64,000 bases of DNA from an uncultured Clostridia bacterium. GTDB taxonomy: Bacteria; Bacillota; Clostridia; Christensenellales; UBA3700. Position numbers and translations under genes: made by a program. The notes under the pieces are model-generated. The model was not told where the DNA came from, did no database searches, and was given only the letters and a program-made list of their open reading frames with translations. Below, one piece after another: positions 58,176 through 64,000 of this stretch. The stretch covers positions 10,071 to 74,070 of the forward strand of contig CAMFVQ010000012.1 in assembly GCA_945992255.1 (NCBI GenBank), given 5' to 3'. Numbering within the stretch: the stretch's first letter is position 1; every line of letters starts with the position of its first letter.

Positions 58176-59366
58176 CTATCTCAACCCAAAATGTTGGGCA
58201 ATCTCCGCAAATGCTGGGAGTGCTTTTTCGACCTTTTCACTGCTTACACAATATGCAAGCCTTGCCCAACCGCCACAGCCAAAAGATGAGCCTGGCACAA
58301 TCAATACACGATGCTCTTTGGCAACCTTGCAAAACTCCTTGTCATCTGCGACAGGCGACTTGATAAACAAATAGAAAGCGCCTTGCGGATAGACAAACTC
58401 AAAGCCCATTTTGGCAAGCTCGGTTGTCAAAATCTGTCTGTTGTGAGCATATTCCGACAAGTCACAATAGCTACCCAAAGTCCTCTCCACGAGCTTTTGT
58501 TGGAGCGATGGCGCATTGACAAATCCCAAAATTCGGTTGGCTACATTGCATGCTGCGACAATCTCTTCAAAGTCATCACACTCACTTGGAATGAGCAAAT
58601 AACCTATCCTTTCACCTGGAAGTGACAGCGACTTGCTGTAAGAATATCCGACAATAGAATTGCTATAAAAACTTGGCACGAATGCAACTTGGCTGTCATC
58701 ATAGACAATCTCTCTGTATGGCTCATCACTGATGAGATATATACTCGTGCCGAACTTTTGCTGAGCTTGGGTCAGCACACTTGCCAACTGCTCGAAAAAG
58801 TCCTTGTTGTACACTACCCCTGTTGGATTGTTGGGGGAGTTGACAATGACTGCCTTTGTCCTTGCGGTTAGCTTGCTTGCCAATTCTTCGAGATTGGGAA
58901 CAAAAGTTGGAGCATTGGGAGAAATCTCTACCAAAATGCCGTCAAAATTGTGAACATAGTTGCGATATTCGCCAAAATATGGAGCAAAAACTACCACTTC
59001 ATCCATAGGGTTGAGCAATGTTTTCAAAATCACATTAAGTCCGCCTGCCGCTCCCACGGTCATCACCACATTGGTATAATCATAGTGCGTATTCTGCTCT
59101 TTGTTGATAAAGTCTGCGATAGCTTGGCGAGTGCTTTCATAGCCAGAGTTGTTCATATATCCGTGCAATTCCATAGCAGGAGTGTCGGATACAATCTCGC
59201 ATATTTGGTCGCCTATGCAAGTAGGCGGATTGACAGATGGATTGCCCAGCGAAAAGTCATAGACATTGTCCTTGCCGTATATTGTAGCAAGTTTTTTGCC
59301 CTCCTCGAACATCTCTCTGATTGTCGAACTGCCTTTGAGCATTTGATGCATTTTGTTGGATATCAT
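58176..59366 (-). CDS. Class I/II PLP-dependent aminotransferase (aspartate/aromatic type)
   Basis: It has NPSVNPP, NSPNNPTG and YSYSKSLSLPGERIGY (PLP lysine). Confidence 0.8.
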   Translation of the reverse strand: MISNKMHQMLKGSSTIREMFEEGKKLATIYGKDNVYDFSLGNPSVNPPTCIGDQICEIVSDTPAMELHGYMNNSGYESTRQAIADFINKEQNTHYDYTNVVMTVGAAGGLNVILKTLLNPMDEVVVFAPYFGEYRNYVHNFDGILVEISPNAPTFVPNLEELASKLTARTKAVIVNSPNNPTGVVYNKDFFEQLASVLTQAQQKFGTSIYLISDEPYREIVYDDSQVAFVPSFYSNSIVGYSYSKSLSLPGERIGYLLIPSECDDFEEIVAACNVANRILGFVNAPSLQQKLVERTLGSYCDLSEYAHNRQILTTELAKMGFEFVYPQGAFYLFIKSPVADDKEFCKVAKEHRVLIVPGSSFGCGGWARLAYCVSSEKVEKALPAFAEIAQHFGLR

Positions 59367-59845
59367 AGTGCGTCCTTGTAGGCTGTGATAGTGATATCAA
59401 AGCCTCTATCTGCGTATGTAATGACTACTTTTTCTATCTTTTTGTTGGTGCGGTTGACTTGGACTTTGACCGCCATATCTTGGATATATTCTCCACAAAA
59501 ACTCTTGCTATCTTTGACAATGCTGTTGTAAAAATATGCGTTGTCTGTTTTTTGGACATCACCTTTTAGGTTTCTCTTGTTCCAATTTAGCTTGGATATA
59601 TCCATATTGTTGTCAATCTCCAACCCCATAATGTTGGTGATTTTGCCCTTGATAGAGCTATACACAACCAAATTGTCTTGCTCGACCACGAGGTCAACAT
59701 AATCAAATTGGCTTGATTGCATATTGTCCAAAAGCTCCCCAATCATTCTCTTGTCGGCAGTCAACCCAAAAGCTAAGCCTGCACAAGTGGTGATGACCAC
59801 AACGAGGGTGATGATACATGTCAAGAGTTTCCAATTAGTCTTCAT
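59363..59845 (-). CDS. Membrane-anchored hypothetical protein
   Basis: 160 aa with a single N-terminal TM. It overlaps both neighbouring genes (4 nt and 11 nt). Confidence 0.55.
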   Translation of the reverse strand: MKTNWKLLTCIITLVVVITTCAGLAFGLTADKRMIGELLDNMQSSQFDYVDLVVEQDNLVVYSSIKGKITNIMGLEIDNNMDISKLNWNKRNLKGDVQKTDNAYFYNSIVKDSKSFCGEYIQDMAVKVQVNRTNKKIEKVVITYADRGFDITITAYKDAL

Positions 59846-61715
59846 CTCTCTTCCTCCTTGTCGCCAAAATTCCTACACACACGCTCACGCCAGCTATACT
59901 GCTGACAGCTATGCTTACCGACAAACTCATCGCTCTGCCTAAGTTGGTAGCATCTTGCACAACTCCTTGGGCATTGAGCTTGTATGCGCTGTACAAAGCA
60001 CGCACTTGTTCCAATTTTTGGCTGTCAATGTTGGCAAGGTCGGTGTCGGATACATATCCATAACAACGCTCGATTTCTAGATATGTCGCCACATCTTTGA
60101 ACGAGAAGTTGTCCGTATCAACCTTGGCAAGTAGGTCGGCAAAAACTTTGCTGTCGAATCCTGTCTTGACAATCTTAGACAAAATCTTTTCTTGGTAGTT
60201 GGCACTCTCGACAAGCTTGACTTGCACGGTATAATCTTGCATTGCCGCCACGCTAAGTTCGTTGTAAGGCAACCACTCATCAGCACGGACAGAATAAAGA
60301 ATCTCTTCGCATTGGCTAGGCTTGTCCACAGTGACTACAATCTTGTTAGAATATACTACCACATCAAAATCAGTCGTTGGGTATTCGGCTTTGGCTATGG
60401 TCATACTAGCCTTGTCATCATAGCTAAAATTGTAGTTGGATATATCATTTCCTGCGATATGTATCGAGATATTGTACTCTCCTGCATTGATTGGGGCAGC
60501 TTTTTCGCCGTTGTACAACAATGTCAAAATCACATCATCGCCCTCGCAAATATCTTGGGTAACTATCTCGGTATTTTTGCCCACGCCGTTGTAAACAAGA
60601 TCGGCAGGTAACTTGTATGTTATGTTTACATTTTTCTTGACAATCTCCAACTCATCGGCTGGTGGCAAACTGTAGTTGATCATCTCGACATTTGACTTGA
60701 TTGTAAGTGTATATTTGCCCACTCTGTATGCAGTGGTGGCTTCCCCATTTTGGGTGATTTCTACTAGGCATTCTTTGTCAAAGACTTCTCCGTCGTTTTG
60801 GGAAGTGGCAGCGTTGTATCTCCAACCGCTCAGCATTGGCTGGATATCCTTTGCTTTGCCCGAATAAACTACACCACTAGGTTTGTTCCACATTTTGCCA
60901 TCAATGTTATAATTTACTTTCAGCTGTCTTGGAGTGATTTGGAATGTGCCGTTCCAATTTTTGTCGCTCTCATTGACGAACACATAGGTATAGTTGTTGT
61001 CATCATTGGCAAACTCGAGCGACACCTTGTATTCGCCAACATTGATAGTCTGTCCAACAATTGCTTGATAGCTGTTGCCAACTTTTTGATAATAGCTTAT
61101 CTTGTATGCCTTGTTGTCAGGCAAAATTGATTCTCTGAATTTGATATTGGGATTAAAATACAAGCCATCATAAACTTTGGTGGTGGCTGACACGCTCTCT
61201 AAGTGACACACAAACGGAGTGATAGTCATATCACATTTGCTTTGGGTAGGCTCTACGTAATATGCAGGGTCGTTGACAACGACTTCTATTGTGTAAGTGC
61301 CTGCTTTCCAAGGTTTTCTATCTCCTTCTTCTTCTGGAAGTTCATTGCCTTCTTTGTCATAATATTTTAGCGAATAATCTACCACCAAGTTGGAATCTTC
61401 TTCCCACTCAACACGATAATCAGCCTTGTTCAAAATTCCGCTATATACAAGTTTATCATTTGGAAAATCATATCTTATCTTGCCCTCTTTACCATTGACA
61501 AGTGCATAAAACTTAGGAGTCAATTTGGTGGCAGAGGCGTCCATTTTCGCTGTCTGTACGCTGTCCGAATGTGGAGAAGTGTAAACAGCAGCTCCCCCAA
61601 TCGCAAGATTACCCTCATCAGCAGTGTCAAAATAAGATACAAAAGCCACCATTCCAATCGCTGAAATGATGACTGCCAACAATATTGTAAATGTCGCAAT
61701 AAAATGTCTTTTCAT
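59835..61715 (-). CDS. Surface protein with repeated MBG/Ig-like modules, an N-terminal signal anchor and a C-terminal TM with a basic tail
   Basis: Recurrent Y-x-G modules (VYDGLYFNP, VVYSGKAKDIQP, LVYNGVGKNTE, ITP...L patterns). The C-terminus is SIAGVSVCVGILATRRKRDED, with no LPXTG. Confidence 0.55.
   Translation of the reverse strand: MKRHFIATFTILLAVIISAIGMVAFVSYFDTADEGNLAIGGAAVYTSPHSDSVQTAKMDASATKLTPKFYALVNGKEGKIRYDFPNDKLVYSGILNKADYRVEWEEDSNLVVDYSLKYYDKEGNELPEEEGDRKPWKAGTYTIEVVVNDPAYYVEPTQSKCDMTITPFVCHLESVSATTKVYDGLYFNPNIKFRESILPDNKAYKISYYQKVGNSYQAIVGQTINVGEYKVSLEFANDDNNYTYVFVNESDKNWNGTFQITPRQLKVNYNIDGKMWNKPSGVVYSGKAKDIQPMLSGWRYNAATSQNDGEVFDKECLVEITQNGEATTAYRVGKYTLTIKSNVEMINYSLPPADELEIVKKNVNITYKLPADLVYNGVGKNTEIVTQDICEGDDVILTLLYNGEKAAPINAGEYNISIHIAGNDISNYNFSYDDKASMTIAKAEYPTTDFDVVVYSNKIVVTVDKPSQCEEILYSVRADEWLPYNELSVAAMQDYTVQVKLVESANYQEKILSKIVKTGFDSKVFADLLAKVDTDNFSFKDVATYLEIERCYGYVSDTDLANIDSQKLEQVRALYSAYKLNAQGVVQDATNLGRAMSLSVSIAVSSIAGVSVCVGILATRRKRDED
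60454..60467 (+). repeat. Core of the recurrent palindromic element inside a CDS (copy i)
   Basis: GCGATATGTATCGA matches the TCGATATGTATCGA core at 13 of 14 positions. It lies inside the 59835..61715 gene. Confidence 0.5.
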
Positions 61716-61848
61716 ACAATAATATTATAAATATAAACGAGTTTTTTTGTCAACCCCCAATCGGCATTTGAGGCTACTTATTTGGTGCAAAACACCTTTG
61801 GCTTTTGCATATTACATCGCCACTTAGTCGCACGCATATATAGTCTTG

Positions 61849-62811
61849 TCAGTTGACTTGATTGATAGGCTTACCTGCCAAAAAGCTCTTGATATTTTGG
61901 CTTGCCACACCAAGCAATCGCTCTCTTGCACTCACGCTCGCCCAAGCAATATGTGGAGTTATCACCGCTTTTGGGTGACCCGCAAGAATGTTGCCAACGC
62001 TTGGTGGCTCTTGTGCAAGCACATCACCGGCATAGCCTGCAAGCTTGCCACTATCCAACGCCTCCACGACGTCCTTTTCGACCACCAGTCCGCCCCTTGC
62101 CGTGTTGATGAGATAGCTACCCTCTTTCATCTTAGACAATGCCGTACTGCCAATCATTTGCCTGCTGTCCTCGTTGAGCGGACAATGCAAACTTACGATG
62201 TCACTCTCTGCCAAAAGCTTGTCTAGCGGTGCATATTGGGCATTTTCATCTACCTGTCCACTGCGGTTGTATGCAAGCACTCTCATACCTAAACTGCGAG
62301 CAATCTTGGCAACATATCTGCCAATCGAGCCATAGCCTACCAAACCTATTGTCTTGCCGTCCAGCTCTATTATGTCGCCTAGCCAATAGCAAAAATCAGG
62401 ACACTTTGCCCAATCACCTTGATGAACGGATTGGCTGTGACCGCCCACATTCATCACCAGTTCGAGTAGCAAAGCAATGGTCAGTTGGGCAACCGATCGG
62501 GAAGAATATGCAGGCACATTGCACACCACAATACCCTTTGATTTGGCATATTCTATATCCACCACATCATAGCCTGTGGACAAAAGCCCAATATACTTCA
62601 CATGAGGAAGTCGGCTGAGAACATACTCATCGAGCTTGACCTTGTTGTTGATGACAATATCCGCATTTTTTGCCCTTTCGATAGCTTGCTCTTGGGTGCT
62701 TCGTGGATACAAAGTAAACGACCCAATGCTCGAAATTGGCTCCCAACTTATGTCGCCAGGATTGACTGCGTTGCCGTCTAAGACTACTATATTTGGAATG
62801 TTGTTTTGCAT
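61849..62811 (-). CDS. D-isomer-specific 2-hydroxyacid dehydrogenase (glycerate/hydroxypyruvate reductase-like)
   Basis: It has the NAD motif GLVGYGSIGRYVA and the catalytic region INTARGGLV...PHIAW. Confidence 0.8.
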   Translation of the reverse strand: MQNNIPNIVVLDGNAVNPGDISWEPISSIGSFTLYPRSTQEQAIERAKNADIVINNKVKLDEYVLSRLPHVKYIGLLSTGYDVVDIEYAKSKGIVVCNVPAYSSRSVAQLTIALLLELVMNVGGHSQSVHQGDWAKCPDFCYWLGDIIELDGKTIGLVGYGSIGRYVAKIARSLGMRVLAYNRSGQVDENAQYAPLDKLLAESDIVSLHCPLNEDSRQMIGSTALSKMKEGSYLINTARGGLVVEKDVVEALDSGKLAGYAGDVLAQEPPSVGNILAGHPKAVITPHIAWASVSARERLLGVASQNIKSFLAGKPINQVN

Positions 62812-62820
62812 AATATCTCC

Positions 62821-62850
62821 TGCATTTTGTCGATATGTATCGACTTTTTG
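62821..62850 (+). repeat. Recurrent palindromic element, copy h (closest to consensus)
   Basis: TGCATTTTGTCGATATGTATCGACTTTTTG fills the 44-bp gap between two co-directional minus-strand genes. Confidence 0.75.
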
Positions 62851-62855
62851 GCTAT

Positions 62856-64000
62856 CTAGAGCCTTATATCTCGCCTAAGTCCCTTTGGATAATGGTTCTT
62901 CGCCATATAGCCATCGGCTTTTGCCCAACCACAACTCAGTCCGTCCACACATACAAGACACCAACCCTTGGCGTCCGTGCTGACTGCGTTGCCTTGAAAA
63001 TAATCGAATATCTCTTTGCTGTCACTAGGCAAGTCGATGACCTGCTTTGCTTGATTTGGGTGCAAATACATTGCAAGTGAGTGCGACGGTTCGAATCTAT
63101 CCTTTTTGATTTGACCTAGGTGCAATCCACAACGCAAGACTTTGACCTTGTCAAGATTGGGAACAGAGGCGTCCAAATAGTACAAATTATCGCCAAAGCA
63201 TATGTTGGGAGTGAGAGATACATTGAGATTTTGTTTTGCCCACTCCTCATAGATTTTGAGCATATTTTTGTTTGGCTTAGTTTGTTTGGACTTGCGAGGC
63301 ACGCTGCCATCACCCTCTTTGGCAAGCACGCACACAAAGTGTCCTTCGCCCTTGATATGGTGAGGAAAAAGTCGCTGAGCCTTGACAATGTCCGCCAGTC
63401 CGTTCTTTGTCCATTGCACTCGTGCAGGGCTGAATTGCCTTAGGCTGAGATCAATCTTCATATCGCTGTGTCGTGACAAAAACTCTTCCACCACTTGCTC
63501 GTTCTCTTGGGCAGAAAATGTACATGTCGAATAGACCATTTTGCCACCTGCTTTGAGCATCTTGTAGGCGGATTCCAATATAGCAAGTTGGCGAGTTGCA
63601 CACATTTGCACATTTTGTTCGCTCCACTCGTCCACCGCTTGAGCGTTTTTGCGGAACATTCCCTCGCCTGAGCAAGGTGCATCGACCACGATTTTGTCGA
63701 AAAACTCTTGCCAATTATCCTCCAATTCTTGGGGCGAATTGTTGGTTACAATGCAGTTGGATATGCCCATTCTTTCGATATTTTGGGACAAAATTTTGCT
63801 GCGAGATGAGGCATATTCGTTGGCTACAAGAAGCCCTGAGCCTCCCAACTTGCAAGCTATGTGAGTTGCCTTACCACCAGGGGCAGAACATAGGTCAAGC
63901 ACATAGTCGCCCTCATCTATACCAATACTCTCGACCACCGACATAGCGCTTGCCTCTTGAATATAATACAAGCCTGCCTCGTGGTAGGGGTGCTTGCCAT
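62856..64000 (-). CDS. RsmB/RsmF-family rRNA cytosine-C5 methyltransferase; its 5' end lies beyond the right edge
   Basis: It has CSAPGGKATHIA, VDAPCSGEGMFRK and YSTCTF. The frame stays open upstream of the track start (GKHPYHEAGLYYIQEASAM) to position 64000. Confidence 0.85.
   Translation of the reverse strand, partial: GKHPYHEAGLYYIQEASAMSVVESIGIDEGDYVLDLCSAPGGKATHIACKLGGSGLLVANEYASSRSKILSQNIERMGISNCIVTNNSPQELEDNWQEFFDKIVVDAPCSGEGMFRKNAQAVDEWSEQNVQMCATRQLAILESAYKMLKAGGKMVYSTCTFSAQENEQVVEEFLSRHSDMKIDLSLRQFSPARVQWTKNGLADIVKAQRLFPHHIKGEGHFVCVLAKEGDGSVPRKSKQTKPNKNMLKIYEEWAKQNLNVSLTPNICFGDNLYYLDASVPNLDKVKVLRCGLHLGQIKKDRFEPSHSLAMYLHPNQAKQVIDLPSDSKEIFDYFQGNAVSTDAKGWCLVCVDGLSCGWAKADGYMAKNHYPKGLRRDIRL

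Overview
This 64-kb window looks like the chromosome of a low-GC, anaerobic Gram-positive bacterium (Clostridia-like). That inference rests on the gene content: class III ribonucleotide reductase, rubrerythrin, ferritin, QueH, and lipoproteins with L-x-x-C lipoboxes. I support about 60 protein-coding genes, mostly on the minus strand. By eye there are no rRNA or tRNA genes, no CRISPR arrays, and no transposase, integrase or phage genes. Main blocks, left to right:

- **1-7.1 kb:** a class IV aminotransferase, an orphan Wzz-like protein, and a translationally coupled operon (SCP2-like, two divergent Fe-ADH paralogs, queH). Next to it is a preQ1-I riboswitch controlling queT.
- **7-14 kb:** a lipoprotein, a membrane-tethered XRE regulator, and a GH2 beta-galactosidase.
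- **14-20 kb:** trxB, an nrdD with a fused C-terminal thioredoxin-like domain behind a consensus promoter with two NrdR boxes, and an NSS-family transporter. Both are flanked by structured non-coding DNA.
- **20-36.6 kb:** a 16.5-kb Wzx/Wzy-type polysaccharide locus. It holds rfbA, rfbB, an rfbC-rfbD fusion, wzx, wzy, three glycosyltransferases, the WbpA/B/D/E set for a 2,3-diacetamido uronic acid, a phosphoglycosyl-transferase::ATP-grasp fusion and a DegT aminotransferase.
- **36.9-47 kb:** ferritin, fucO, a GH35 galactosidase, lipoproteins, YitT and rubrerythrin.
- **47.2-50.8 kb:** a TPP-riboswitch operon (methyltransferase, YkoF-like, thiXYZ).
- **50.9-53.6 kb:** bioY, a DUF1284 gene and birA, with two BirA operators.
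- **54-64 kb:** housekeeping and surface genes.

I found no clear defence or mobile system. The most unusual signals are non-coding or architectural:

- A roughly 30-nt palindromic element (tGCATTTTtGTCGATATGTATCGACTTTTTG) occurs nine times, eight of them on the same strand.
- A tandem 94-nt structured repeat lies at 54.8-55.0 kb.
- A 750-bp gene-less region contains duplicated BirA operators and a strongly G+T-skewed tract.
- A structured block of about 250 nt sits between terminators upstream of nrdD.
- Three gene fusions stand out: NrdD-Trx, RmlC-RmlD and PGT-ATP-grasp.

All functional calls come from reading the translations and motifs by eye; no database search was run.
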